The notes below the pieces were generated by a model. That model was not told the origin of the DNA and ran no database searches. It was given only the letters and a program-made list of their open reading frames with translations. The position numbers were made by a program, and so were the translations under genes. From Octopus vulgaris (lineage: Eukaryota): a DNA stretch of 64,000 bases. Of this stretch, positions 23,245-37,486 are shown piece after piece; the stretch's first letter is position 1; each line of letters opens with the position of its first letter. The stretch spans positions 135,470,001 through 135,534,000 of the forward strand of contig OX597816.1 of the NCBI GenBank assembly GCA_951406725.2. Reading direction: 5' to 3'.

Positions 23245-24250
23245 GGTGTACCCAGTGCAAGCTATGGACACATAAGAGGTGCAGTGGTATCACAGGAAGG
23301 TTAACAGAGAAAGTAGTCTTTGTATGTGGCCGATGTGCAGGTGCATTAAACACTTGAAATTAGCAGTACAGAAAATAGAATCCCTCAAATATCCAGGAGA
23401 ATCCCTATAAATAGTAGATAGTTTCCATTACTTTGGTGATCAAGTTAACAATGAAGGAGGTAGTTTTGAAAGCATAACTGCTAGAATAAGAACAGGTTGA
23501 GCAAAGTTCAGAGAGCTTCTATCTTTGTTGGTAACAAAAGGCCTCTCCATCAGAATGAAAAGCAGATTTTATGATGCCTGTGTATGAAGAGTTATGCTAC
23601 ATGGCAGTGAGACATGGGCTGTGACAACTGAGGACATGTAAAGACTTGAAAGAAATGAAGCCAGCATGCTCTGCTAGATGGGTAATATCAGTGTGCATGT
23701 ATGACAGAGTGTGATATGGTCATATTGATGTGTATGAATGAAGACAGCTGCATCAAAAAGTGCTGATCTCTTATTGTAAAGGGAATGTGTGGAAGGTGTA
23801 AAACCAGGAAGACATGAGACAAAGTGGTGAGAAAGGGTCTTCAGACGTTGGACATCACAGAGGATATGATAAGGGACCAAGACTTCTAGAAGTTTGCTGT
23901 GCTTGAGAAGACATCTCAAGCTAAGTAAAATCATGGTAGTCCATACCTACAGGCATGTCCTCTACATCCCTCTCTCAGCTGAGAGATCCTAGTCTTGCAG
24001 GCTTGTGGGTGTTGGTGTTATGTGAAGCACCGATGTCGGTGCCACATAAAAGCGTCCATGCCCATTTTACATAAAAGCACCCATGCTGGTGCCATGCTAA
24101 AAACACCCAGAACACTCTAAAGTGGTTGGCATTAGGAAGGGTGTCCAACTGTAGAAACTGTGCCAAAAAAGACAAATGGAGCCTGGGCATCTCTCCTGTC
24201 AAACTGTCCAACACATTCCAGCATGGAGAATAGACATTAAATGATGATAA
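23245..24250 (+). mobile_element. Old degenerate RTE LINE 3' fragment
   Basis: Homologous to the RTE 3' ORF (CKLWTHKRC, HGSETWAVT) and 3'UTR, with many stops. Confidence 0.85.
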
Positions 24251-26001
24251 CATAGATTGGAAAATAAAAGGAAATGGTTTATGAGATTTTACAGAAGAGA
24301 ACTGATCAAGTAACACTCGTCTCAAGTCTTTTGCAATACTTTTCAGAGTTTAATCATCATCATCATCATCGTTGTTGTCACCACCACCAGCATCATCAAC
24401 ATCATCATTTTAATGTCTGTCATCGATGTTAGCATGAGAAGCTGGTGAACCAAAAGACTGCACCAAGCTCCAATATCTGCTTTGACAGGGTTTCTACAGT
24501 TGGATACCTTACTAAAGCCAACCACTTTGCAGAATGTACTGGGTGCTTTTTACATGGTACTGATACCAGTGAGGTCACCAAGTAACTCATGGAATAAAAC
24601 TCCATCAACTGAGGAGGGGGTTGTAGCATTGAGTGGGATGTCTTTATGCTGGATAATGGTAGTTTTAAATATGATAAAAAGGCAGGTACAGGTGCCTTGC
24701 TGTGGGAGAAATACATGGTTACCTTGGTTGGAAAAGAGAGAAGAAGATGGTAAAGATGATGAATAATGAAATTATTGTGTATAATGCTCAGCAAGGGCCT
24801 TATTTCAGTGGGGTACCAAAGGACAAGTCCCACACACATACACATATTTTTTCAGGAACAGGGGACAAACTATCTTTTGTCCCCACTACTTTTTCCCAAT
24901 TGAAAAACAAAGTATCACCATCAATCTAGGTGGCATATTGCATAGTGTCAAACTGGTGCAGGAGGAGCTAAAAAATCTACGCAGTGAAGAAAAAAATGAG
25001 TTATCAACTCGATATTTCTCCTTTGGCGCTACCCAGGCAATGAAAAGTTCCTAAAAGATACCAGGAAGGAAATGCGTTAAAATATCAACACTGCACTGGA
25101 CAGCTGACCTATGAATATCCATGTCAGAGGATGTCCATTAAAATGTATCTCAAATGTGTTCTTGTTCAGCTCTTCAGCAATGTTCTGTAAAATGCAAAGA
25201 AAGAAAGGAGTTGCTAATCTTTTACTGAAATTAGATTTAATCTTTCAAGTGAAGTAATAGCTCATAATACTAGTAACTGACTACAGTAAAACTTTGTTAA
25301 ACATTCTGAGAATTTCTCATTTGAATTTCCTAGAAAGAAATATTGCCACAATCACATGGCCATTTAGGATGGGAACTCGCTAATAAAAATGTCAACAATT
25401 TAATCATTGGACTGAATCATTAATCCAATAACTATGAAATACCTCAGTGCAGTAAATAACTTCACAATCAAGGTTTTATTCAGACACGTGACAAACGAAC
25501 GCATGCAGTGAGTATACAATGTTCAATAAAGATTTCTGGAAAGAAGAAAAGTTTTTGAACAACTTGCCATGTTCCGTGATAACTTAGAGTAAATAGAAAT
25601 AAATCAAGCTGCGAGATTTACTTCCCACGGGTACTAGACATAGAATACCATGATATGGAATTCATGTGCCTGGCTCTCATAGTTTCAGTGGACCTTGTTA
25701 CATCTCGAAGAAGCAGTTAGAGAAGAAAGACTGATTTCAGTGGAAATGGACGCTTATAAAGGTAATGTGTTAATAGTGACCTCCTGCATATTATTTTCAT
25801 GTTATGCGTAGTAAATTAGCAAAGGGAGAGTTAATTATGTTCGCCCGGAATATTCTAGATTGTTCGAGAATGTTTGATCAGGAGAGATAACTGTTGTTGA
25901 CTCCCAATGAATATTTTGTGGGCTTGCAAAACTGTTTCAATTAGCGTTGCCTACAACCATATGGCTTATAGACACAGGCTTAAGCAGTTATTAGATTACA
26001 C

Positions 26002-26203
26002 CAGTGGTTTTCAACCAGGGTTCTGCCAGTACAGTCCAGGGGTTCCGCAAGAAGTTACCAAAACTGCTAAAATCGGCAGTAATTTTTAATTCTCCTGTGC
26101 AGATATGTGTGCATAAGACTATTAAATTATTGCACAGGGGTTCCTCGAGCCAATGGACTGCTTCCTTGGGGTTCCACTCCAGCAAAAAGTTTGAAAAGCA
26201 CTG
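26002..26203. mobile_element. hAT-type MITE
   Basis: TIR CAGTGGTTTTCAA / TTGAAAAGCACTG and perfect 8-bp TSD gattacac (25994-26001, 26204-26211). Confidence 0.9.
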
Positions 26204-26274
26204 GATTACACATTGTGTATCAAAGTGATATGCACAACCTTTACAGGAAAGTAAATTTATCCCTACATAGGCTC

Positions 26275-26430
26275 AGGCATGGCTGTGTGGTAAGAAATTT
26301 GCTTCCCAACCACATGGTTTCAGGTTCAGTGCCACTGCATGGTACCTTGGGTGTCTTCTATTAGAACCTTGAGCAAACCAAAGCCTTGTGAGTGGATTTG
26401 GTAGACAGAAACTGAAAGAAGCCCGTCATA
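26275..26430 (+). mobile_element. tRNA-derived (CORE-like) SINE 5' half; its 3' half resumes at ~29165-29385 after the RTE insertion
   Basis: ggcatggctgtgtggtaag...ggttcag...accttggg head; the uninterrupted copy at 40080-40455 shows the join. Confidence 0.7.
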
Positions 26431-26451
26431 TATACATATACATATATATAT

Positions 26452-26529
<78 letters not shown>

Positions 26530-26530
26530 T

Positions 26531-29148
26531 GGGCTATTAGACAAAAGAAACAGGCTTGGAAGAACGGTGGTAGCAGGGAAGTGTATCAGACTGCCAGAAG
26601 GGAAGCTAGGAGACAGGTCTATCTAGCCAGAGGGGAAGCAGATAAGAGAAAATTTGCCAATGTCCTGCGCCGTGAGGATGAAAGACTTGAGGTATTTCGT
26701 GTTGCAAGACAGTGTGTGAGAGAGAATCGTGATGTGGTAGGAGAGAAATGTGTTCGCATGGATGATGGTTCACTTGCGCTAAATGAGGATGCAAAGAGAG
26801 AGGTTTGGAGATGTCATTATCAAAGGTTGCTGAATGAGGAAAATGAATGGGATAAAGAGAGTCTGCCGAATGTTGACCCAACAGAGGGACCAGCTATCCG
26901 AGTTGATAGTTCCGTGGTAGCTAAGGCAATTAGAAGCATGAAGACAGGGAAAGCCCCAGGCCCATCAGGAATTACTGCAGAGATGCTCAAAATATCTGGT
27001 AGTGTCGGCTATAGCATAGTCACCCGTATAGTTAACCAGGTGATACACGAAGGAGTCATACCCAATGACTGGTGTAGCAGCATAATAGTCAACTGCTACA
27101 AAGGTAAAGGTGACGCCCTAGATACAAATAACTACAGGGGCATCAAGCTGTTGGATCAGGTAATGAAGGTTATGGAGAGGGTTATAGCCCAATTAATTAG
27201 AGAGAGAGTTAGCTTAGATGATATGCAGTTTGGGTTCGTGCCAGGGAAAAGTACTACTGATGCTATATTCCTGGTAAGACAGCTGCAGGAGAAATACCTA
27301 GCCAAAGGTAAGCCCTTGTACCTGGCTTTTGTTGACTTGGAGAAAGCCTTTGACAGGGTCCCCCGATCCCTTATCTGGTGGTCAATGAGGAAACTAGGGA
27401 TAGATGAATGGTTAGTGAGAGCTGTGCGAGCCATGTACAGAGACGCTGCTAGTAAGGTGAGGGTTGGCAACGAGTACAGTGAAGAATTCCGGGTAGAGGT
27501 TGGGGTCCACCAAGGTTCAGTCCTCAGCCCCCTCCTATTTATCATAGTCCTCCAGGCAATAACGGAAGAATTCAAGACAGGATGCCCCTGGGAGCTCCTC
27601 TATGCTGATGACCTTGCTCTAATTGCTGAGTCACTATCAGAACTGGAGGAGAAGTTTCAGGTGTGGAAACAAGGATTAGAATCGAAGGGCCTTAGAATCA
27701 ACCTAGCCAAAACCAAAGTCCTAATAAGTAGGAAGGTGGACCAACCACAAACGACTTCAGGTAGATGGCCCTGCTCGATCTGTAAAAAGGTGTAGGTAGA
27801 AACTCTATAAGGTGCACCAAGTGTAAGCTATGGACACATAAGAGGTGCAGCAATGTCAAAGGTAGGCTAACTGGGAAGATAGTTTTCGTATGTAGCAGAT
27901 GCTCAGGAGAAATAAACACTGGAAATGTGCAGAGACCAACTTCTACCACGTTCCAGGGAGACAAACTAGAAGTAGTTGATAGCTTCCGCTACCTAGGAGA
28001 CCAAGTCAGTAGCGGGGGTGGGTGTGCTGAAAGTGTAACTGCTAGAGTAAGAATAGCCTGGGCAAAGTTTAGAGAGCTCTTACCCCTGCTGGTGACAAAA
28101 GGCCTCTCGCTCAGAGTAAAAGGCAGACTGTATGATGCATGTGTACATACAGCCATGCTACATGGTAGTGAAACATGGGCCGTGACTGCTGAGGATATGT
28201 GTAAGCTCGCAAGAAATGAAGCCAGTATGCTCCGATGGATGTGTAATGTCAGTGTTCATAATCGTCAGAGTGTAAGTACCTTGAGAGAAAAGTTGAACCT
28301 AAGAAGCGTCAGTTGTGGTGTGCAAGAGAGATGGCTGCGCTGGTATGGTCATATGACGAGAATGGATGAAGATAGTTGTGTGCAAAAGTGCTACACCCTA
28401 GCAGTTGAGGGAACCTGTGGAAGAGGTAGACCCAGGAAAACCTGGGACGAAGTGGTGAAGCACGACCTTCGAACTTTAGGTCTCACCAAGGAAATGACTA
28501 GAGACCGAGACCTATGGAAGTATGCTGTGCGTGAGAAGACCCGGCAAGACTAGTCAGGCCATAACCCGTGGCCCCTACCTGGGATGTAGTCAGTCCACCT
28601 GTGCATACCTTCCTTCTTGTGACACTTGTGAAGACCTGTTGAGGCAAGTGAAAATCAAAAAATCAAAATAGATGAACATCAATGGAATTTGTATCTTTGG
28701 TACCAGTGCCAGTGGCACACAAGAAAACCATTCGAACGTGGCTGTAGCCAGTACCGCACCGACTGGCCTCCATGCTGTGGGCACGTAACAATCACCATCC
28801 GATCATGGCCGATCGCCAGCCTCATCTGGCTCCTGTGTCGGTGGCACATAAAAAACACCATCCGAGCGTGGTCGTCTGCTAGCCTTGTCTGGCACCTGTG
28901 TCGGTGGCACATAAAAACACCATCCGAGCGTGGCCGTTCGCCAGCCTCGTCTGGCACCTGTGTCGGTGGCACATAAAATCACCCACTACACTCTCGGAGT
29001 GGTTGGCGTTAGGAAGGGCATCCAGCTGTAGAAACACTGCCAGATCTGACTGGCCTGGTGCAGTCTTCGGGCTCCCCAGACCCCAGTTGAACCGTCCAAC
29101 CCATGCTAGCATGGAAAGCGGACGTTAAATGATGATGATGATGATGAT
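26531..29148 (+). mobile_element. 5'-truncated young RTE LINE with a frameshift near 27785 and a complete 3'UTR
   Basis: Nearly identical to 13804-15330. ORF end at 28553 and (gat)n tail at 29129-29148. Confidence 0.95.
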
Positions 29149-29554
29149 GTATATATATATATATGTATGTATTTATGTGTATGTGGGTTTTTGTGTCTGT
29201 GCTTATCCCCCCAACGCTGCTTGACAACTGGTGTTGGTGTTTACATCCCTGGTACAGCAAAAGAGACCAATAGGCTTGAAAAATAATAAGTCCTGGTGTT
29301 GATTTGTTTAGCTAAAACCCTTCAAGGTGGTGCTCCAGCATGGCTGCACTCAAATGACTGAAGCAAGTAAAAGAATAAAAGAAAACATCTACATGTATGT
29401 ACATACTAACTTATTCACATATTCACAAACCTTAATAATTGTCTTAGTCATTCAAATTGCACACAAGTTGGTTGAGTATCTCTTCCTCCATAGCAGTAGT
29501 TCTCAACTATTTTTTACCTATGGATCCCTTTGATTCCCATTTTATTAAGGTGAG

Positions 29555-32500
29555 CTCTCCTAACCAGGGGCATAGCTAGGGTGGGACAAGCGGTGCCCTG
29601 GGTTCCACTGATAGCTGTACTCTTCCCATGTGCAATATACATGTTCTATGTAAATTATCAAGCCTGAAATCTCCGGGCACTGTACAAGAGCGTTGCAGGA
29701 CAGTTTCCTTGTCCTGCCCACACCTTTGGCATGCTGATGACACTGATAGTCCATGCCTGGACAATTTATCGTGGACAGGTAATGTATCCCTGTAACACTG
29801 CCAGGTCAGGGATCTTTGGTAATCATCCAAATAGCCCGGCCTGAAGGTTTTTTTAAACAAGTTGGCTAGCTAGTTCTCATCGAACCCCAGAGCCTCTCCT
29901 AAGACGTCGTCGCTCTTATACTCTACCATCCCTTTATAAAATGCAGAGGTGGTATTTCTGCTGCCGGCCTTGCCTGCCCTGTAGATTAGCACGAGGGCCT
30001 GTCGGCACTCCTCTTGCCATTCAGTCAATTCAGGTGTAAATTCTTCCAAGGAGGCCACTTGTGGAAAGAATTCCTCTGCAAGCGAATTCCACACCTGGCC
30101 ACCATCCAGGTAGAGCCAGAGATGCCGTAGCCTCAGTGCATGCCTGCACATCAATAACCACAGCATCCCTAAACCCACCCTTTAGCGGTTCTTGGCAGCA
30201 TATGGAACACCTCACAAGTGGTTTTCCCCTCCACAAAAAGCGGAAGAGGAGTCGCACCAACTTGTATAGCCACGAATTGGCAAGGGGCAACAGTCAGACA
30301 GTAGGTGATAGCAGATGCAATAAACACCTGTACTACCTTCGCCCTCCCTTTCAGGGACAGCACCCTTCCAGACTAGGGCCTCCACCCTACCTGCCACCTC
30401 GCTCCAATTCTTCTCTGTCTGGGAATCTGGTCCAAACCAAACTCCAAGCAACTTAACAGGACCATCCATCCAGTGCCCCACAACATTGGACGTTATCCGC
30501 TTGCCGCTCCAAGTGCTGAGCCACAAACCAATTGACTTATCCTTGTTAACTTTTGCCCTTGCCACCGCCTCATATCCTTTGATTGCATCCTCTACACAAG
30601 GTAGCTGAACTACATTCGACACAGTGATGGTGATGTCATCCACATATGCAGAAACAGACTTACCACATCCAATTTCATTGGAGATGCCTCCTAAACTCTC
30701 CAACCTCTGCAGCAATGGCTCAAGAGTCAGTACATACAGAAGCGGAGACAGGGGGCACCCTTGACGAACTGAGCACTTGATCTCAAACAGCTCTTATAGG
30801 TAACTGTTTATTTGGACTGTGGATTTGATGCCACCATAAATGGCCTTGATTCAACTGCGAAAATCCGAGCCTAGCCCAGCCACCTCAAGGACTGCCGTCA
30901 GGTACTGGTGGTCTACCCTATCGAAAGCTTTACTTTGATCTAAATGGACCAATGCCCCACCTTTACCGAATACTTTACCCTCCCTGTCTAAAGTGTAGCA
31001 TAAGAGATGAAGATTGTCCTGGATTGACCTGCCTGGGATGGTGCATGTCTGCACCTTCTCTACAAGTTTCTCCACGACACACGTCAAACTTTTTGCTAAC
31101 ACCTTGGCCAAAATTTTTAACTCTACATTGAGTAGAGTTATGGGCCTAAAGTTACTAATATGATACCTCTTGCTCGGGTCTTTTCTGGTCAGTGTCACCA
31201 CTCCCTGACTTACAGAGCTGGGAATCCATTCTGCTGCCAGTTCATATAGATGCAAGCCAGTAAGTGTCCAAACAAATCCAGCATACTATGATAAAATTCA
31301 TAGGGCAGACCATCCAGCCCTGATGACTCATTCCCAGTGCATTCAGCCAGCACCTCCTCAACCTCTGCAGCTGTAATCAGCCCTTCACAACATTCCACCT
31401 CCTGCACCAAGAGTCATGGCCCGCTGGCGAGGAAGTCCTTTAGGGATTCCCCACAATCCAGTGCCCCTCTTATCCCGAACAACCAGGCGAAATGCCCCTG
31501 CTTGTCAATCAAAGACTTTATAGAGGCTTCACCTGCCTCTCCAACTTTCTACATGACATGCCCATCCTGCAACATTAATACCTTCTCTACCCACCACCCG
31601 TAACATAGCCCTGACTCTACACCCTTCGTGTTTGGGTTTGAGATGACAGAATAGCACTGCCATCACTCTGGATGAAGAGCCAGATTCCATGACCTCCTCT
31701 AATTCCTTAATTAGATTCCTTTCTATTCTAGTCTTCTCTAAACTTAGCTGTTTACTAAAGCTAAGAGACTCAGAATGAATGGCTTGCTTGAGGGCACACT
31801 ACCATCTATTATTAATGATGGTACTGCATAATACTTTCTGCACTAACTCCTTAACCCAGGCATGGAAGACTTTACAAGTCAAAATAGACTTGTTCATCTT
31901 CCAGTACCTTGGTCCCTGTCTATGACACTTAACTAGGTGCACCTCACACGTCACAAATTTGTGATCCATGTAAGGTACACAATAAAAGCGTAGACAACTA
32001 AACGTATTCCTATCTCTCTCTCTCTAACAAATATCCTATCTAAATAAAATCTGTATGAACTGTCGTTATTAGACCAGGTTCACTGTGGAACGACCGGTTC
32101 ATCCAGTCTATATTGGTCTACTAGGTTATAGCTGCCTAGCAGCCTTTTAAGGCCAGGACTTCCCCTTCTATCAAGCCAACTCTATCCACCTGTGCGTCGA
32201 GGATAGTGTTAAAGTCTCCTGCTAAAACTAGAGTTTTTGATGTCACCAGAAAGCACTCCTGGTCTCGAAAAAATCCAGCTTGTCTACACTCCCTTGGAGT
32301 GTAAACAGCTACCAACCTGAAGGACTGCTTACTTGCGTGTTTCACATCTAGGATGACCAGCCTACCTTCTGGGTCCAGAAAGACTGTACTTACCTGTACA
32401 TCCAAGTTTTTTCTGAACAAGACCACCACACTCCCTCCTCCCTGTTGACTAGTAGAAATAAATTTCTCATGGCCATTTAGCAGAGGTGAGAACACCTGTG

Positions 32501-33340
32501 GCCCATTCAGCTTGGACTCAGTCACCACACATATATCAATTTCTAGTGACCTGAGGTCGTTCAGGAGACAAGTATGCTTCCATTTCAACACCAGGCCACA
32601 AGCATTTATACAACCAAACTTAATTTCCATGGTAAAAATTTTTTAAAAACTTACATTTTAAGTATGGGAAGGGGCTGCACGAATTTGCCAACCTCCCCTT
32701 CCTTTTCTTTCTGAGGTGTAGCTGCTGGTGTAGCCACTGGGCTAAGCACAAATCTTTTGTTGGCCATCTTTTGGCTAACATCTTGTATGTCCTGCGGGTA
32801 TCTCACTTTAGATTGTTCAAATAGTTCTGCTTCTATCCATGCCAACCGTATATTCAGTGGCATACCTTGTATTGGTTGAAAAATATACATTTTTTTATGT
32901 GAAGTTATTATTCTTTCTTGAACACTATTTTTGTCATTGTACTTCACAATCCTTTCTCCTAGTGCATTTTTTTAGGGATGGGGTTGGTGGTGAGTTTCAA
33001 CTTGGGTGTGGATTGGGGAGTTTTTTCTGTGTGTTTGCGTTTTGTGTAGATATTTTCTTTGTCAGGGGAGGGGAGTCTGGGGCATGGGGTTTTTTTCTTT
33101 TATGTGAAACCACTGTGGTAAATTCCATTTCCTCTTCGGCTTCCTTCTGTTGTGTGTTTTCTATGTTTTGTTTATTCCTTTCTTCTGCTTTTCTTGTGAT
33201 GCTTTCCATCGCTTTCTTGTTACTTTCTTTTTGGGGAGAGACTTTAGCCTTTTTCTGTTGTTGTTTTTTTAATTTTGTCACACTCCGAGCAGACATGCCC
33301 TTTTACTCCGCATTTAAAACATTTGGGTCTACATCCTGTC
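29555..33340 (-). mobile_element. Degenerate Tx1/L1-clade LINE (ORF1 zinc knuckle, endonuclease, RT, C-terminal Cys motif)
   Basis: CFKCGVKGHVCSEC knuckle; MEIKFGCINACGL...AGDFN endonuclease; NFRPITLLNVELKIL, LDQSKAFDRVDH and AYVDD. Confidence 0.85.
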
Positions 33341-36090
33341 ACTGTCACGGAAACATGGGCGCATTCCTTACTCTGTGATGGGGTTTTCAACATTACAGGG
33401 TACAACCTCTTCCGTAAGGACCGCACTAACCGCCGTGGTGGTGGTGTGATGGTCTACGTTCGTTCAAATTTTTTGGTAATTCCTTGTGCCGATTTGAACG
33501 AATCACAAGAAGAAGTTTTTTTCTGTGACGTGCGTATGACCATGTCAACACTCCTGCTTGGCGTTGTTTATCGTCCCCCAAGTTACCATCGGGACACACA
33601 GCTTTGCAATGTCCTCCGAGCTGCTGCCAGGAAAACAGCCACTTATGTGTTTATTGCAGGCGATTTCAATCATCCTGAGATCGATTGGGAGACCTTCTAT
33701 TGGCCACAGATTGCAAACGATTTTGTTGAGCTTGTGCTGGACTCAAACTGGTCACAAGTAGTCACCTCTCCAACAAGAGGCGACAACACCTTGGACCTGC
33801 TCTTCACCACAACTCCTGAAGCGGTTATCAATTGCACTACGGAGGAACCTCTAGGTGACTCTGATCATGCTATGATCATCGCCAATCTGGCTCTTGCGGG
33901 CAACAAAAACCTGAACCATCTCCAATCTGCTTCCTTCGATTGGAAGAGAGCAGATTGGAACCTGTACCACACTGAACTACAGCACCCAAACTGGCGTGAA
34001 TTCTACAACTCTGGAGATGTGAATACTATACTCCAGAGTATCCTGGACTCAATATGGGCAGCATGTGCAGCATCAGTGCCACGTAAACAAAAAAAGAAGA
34101 ACCGCCCCAAAAGGGCAATTTGGGAAACTTCAGCGGTCCGACTTGCCAGGAGGGAACGTCGGACTGCTGAACGGGAATACAGGTTGCATAAATCAGACAC
34201 CAACAGGAAGAAGCGGAATAAATCCTCCAACCATCTCAAGCAAGTGACAAAAAAAGCAGTGCTTGAATTTGAACAGTGCATAGCAGCCAATCCTGACAGC
34301 AAGGTTTTCTGGAAATATGTGCACTCAAAGCAGAGACCTCACTCTCCAGTGGGCCCTCTTCGCAACCCTCACACAAACCAGATCACTGACGACCCCAAGG
34401 AATGCGCAGAACTCATTGCTATGCAAACATATTCACTGTTGAAAGTCAAAATGTACCATCTTCACCATCACTAGCAGCAAACTCCATAACAACTATGGAA
34501 TTTACACCTGCAATGCTGCGACGTCACCTTCAAAATAAGCGCAACTATGCCTCCCCTGGTCTCGATGGAGTTACATACCTGCTTCTCAAACGTGGCAGGC
34601 ACTTCCTTTTACACCAGCTTTCTATTTTCTTCCAGTACTGTCTCAACAATGGTGCTACTCCGGAGCAGTGGAAAACTGCCAGTGTCATTCCTCTATTCAA
34701 AAAGGGCGACCGCACATCACCTGTCAACTATCGCCCAGTCAGTCTCACTAGCTGTATTGCAAAACTGATGGAATCGTGTGTCAGAGAAACACTCTGGAAC
34801 TTCTGGAGCTCTCACAGTCTCATCCGACCCTCACAATATGGATTTGTCCCTAACTCCAGCTGCAGTGACCAGCTTGTCGAGTTCCTTGAGGACATTACTC
34901 AGATTACTGACAGTGGCTCATGGGTGGATGTTGTCTACCTTGACTTTGCTAAGGCTTTCAACTCTGTGCCACACAAAAGGCTTATGGTGAAACTCTCTGC
35001 AATGGGTGTGGGGGATGACCTTTTTAACTGGTTGAAATCCTTCATCCTCAGCCGAAAGGAGGTAGTCACAGTTCTAGGACAGCACTCTACACCATATGAG
35101 ATGTCATCGGGTGTACCACAGGGATCTGTCCTTGGCCCCCTCTTGTTTGTGGCATACATTAACGACATAGATGCCAATTTAAAGAATGCCACAGTATTGA
35201 AATATGCAGACGACATCAAGCTGTACCTTGAAATCAAGAGGACAGATCCTGATGTCTACAACTCTTTTCTGCAATCAGACCTAGACACAATGCAGCAATG
35301 GATCACAGACTGGCAACTGAAACTGGCTGTGGACAAGTGTACCACCATGCATTTTGGGAGAAAAAACCCTGCGTTCACATACTCCCTCCACAACACTGAT
35401 ATCAAGAAATCCTCTTGCGAGCGTGACCTAGGCATCACTGTCAGCAGTGATTTGCGTTGGTCAAAGCATATCTCTAAGATTGTCAGGAAGGCCGAGGGTG
35501 TCTTGGCATCACTCAGCAGGTCTTTTGTTAGCCACTCTCCAGCCATCTATTTAAAACTGTATACAGCTATGGTACGACCACACTTGGAATTCGCATCATC
35601 AGTTTGGAACCCCTATCTTGCACAGAACATTGACCTCCTGGAATCTGTCCAGAGACGTGCAACCAAACGCATACCCTCCATCAGACACCTACCATATTCT
35701 GAGCGCCTTGTTTCCCTGGGCATGGATTCACTGAAGCTCCGGCGTTTGGCGACGGACTTGGTAAACACCCACAAAGTTATCAACCACCTCACCAACAACA
35801 ACACTGAACACCTTTTTGATCTCCATGTGTCTAACACACATGGACATGCCTACAAAGTCAGAAAACAATACAGCTCCCATGACTTTCGGAAACATTTTTT
35901 CACGCTCAGAGTTGCTGAAGCATGGAATAAACTGCCTGCGTCAGTTGTTGACTGCCATGACACTGCATCTTTTAAGGCCCTCATGCTTTCCGAAATCCGC
36001 CGAAACTTCACCTGATTATATATACACTTTAGATGAGTTGTAGTGCACCTGAGCACTGTACACAATTATTATTATTATTATTATTATTAT
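33340..36090 (+). mobile_element. CR1-clade LINE ORF2 (endonuclease + RT), near-intact with one frameshift at ~34415 and an (ATT)n tail
   Basis: VTETW, RRGGGV, VYRPP, GDFN, SDH; then NYRPVSLTS, LDFAKAF, PQGSVLGP, YADD, RPHLEFA and WNKLP. Confidence 0.93.
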
Positions 36091-36358
36091 CCCTCATTTA
36101 AGTGGCAAATATACTTCACATTGTCGTGCAGTTACTTTTTATACCTCATTCAGAGAGGCATGGCTGTGTGGTTAGAGAGCTTGCTTTCTAGCTACATGGT
36201 TTCGGGTTCAGTCCCACTGCGTGGCACTTTGGGTAAGTGTCTTTCACTATAACCCCGAGCTGACCGGAGCTTTGTGATTGAATTCGGTAGGTGGAAGTAA
36301 CTGCCGTGTGTGCATATGTGCGTGTAGGTGCTTGTGCCTCTCCCAAAGAGAGAGAGGG

Positions 36359-36390
<32 letters not shown>

Positions 36391-36546
36391 TCGAAATGAG
36401 GAGTAGACAGACAGCCGACAACTGATGAAGGGTCGTTCTTTATGCTTCTTGTTCTGTTTTCCATTTGTTTCTCTCGTTTGCATTATTGAACTCATTTGTT
36501 TTCATATTTCATGTTGTTTGCTGTTGGTGACATCCTATACTCATGC

Positions 36547-36595
<49 letters not shown>

Positions 36596-37004
36596 TATAT
36601 GTCTTGCAAACAACTTGCACATGCAAGTGCTACCAGTCGAGAACTCTGCATACCAAAAACCAGCAAGTGTATGGGGTCATCAGGAAGGAATGCACGCCGT
36701 TTCGGGGCCTACCTCTCGACAGCATCAGTGCGCACCATACCCACTCACTGTTAAGAGGCCCTGCTTGCTAGATCAGCTGGTTATCAAATAAAGCTCAATA
36801 TTTCTCTAGCCATTGCTCATTGTCTCTTTTTAACCAAATCCAGCGGTTAGCCTTCTCCACTGTTTCTCTTGTTTGCATATTGAACTCATTTGTTTTCGCA
36901 TTTCATGTTGTTTACTGTTGGTGACGTCTTGTACCCATATCCCATATATGCATATGTATGTATGCGTATATATATATATATATATATATGATTCTTTGGT
37001 TTTG

Positions 37005-37444
37005 ATAATCAAATCAAAATCAAAATCGATCCACATCAATGGAATTTGTAGTTTGTGGTACCAGTGCCGGAGGCACATAAGAGAACCATCCGAACGTGGC
37101 CATAGCCAGCACCGCATCGACTGGCCTCCGTGCTGGTGGCACGTAACAAACACCATCCGATCGTGGCCGTGCCAGCCCCGCCTGGCCTCCGTGCCGGTGG
37201 CACGTAAAAAACACCATCCGAGCATGGCCGTTCGCCAGCCTCGTCTGGCACCTGTGTCAGTGGCACATAAAAAGCACCCACTACACTCACGGAGTGGTTG
37301 GCGTTAGGAAGGGCATCCAGCTGTAGAAACACCGCCAGATCTGACTGGCCTGGTACAGCCTTCGGGCTCCCCAGACCCCAGTTAAACCGTCCAACCCATG
37401 TTAGCATGGAAAGCAGACGTTAAACGATGATGATGATGATGATG

Positions 37445-37445
<1 letters not shown>
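37005..37445 (+). mobile_element. RTE 3'UTR fragment
   Basis: Matches 28655-29148, ends in a (gat)n tail and is embedded in (TA)n. Confidence 0.85.

Positions 37446-37486
<41 letters not shown>

Noticed and set aside
24900-25900. Possible decayed hAT transposase (minus-strand LYTHC-like motif near 25510)
   Set aside because: Too degraded to support boundaries or a family call by eye.
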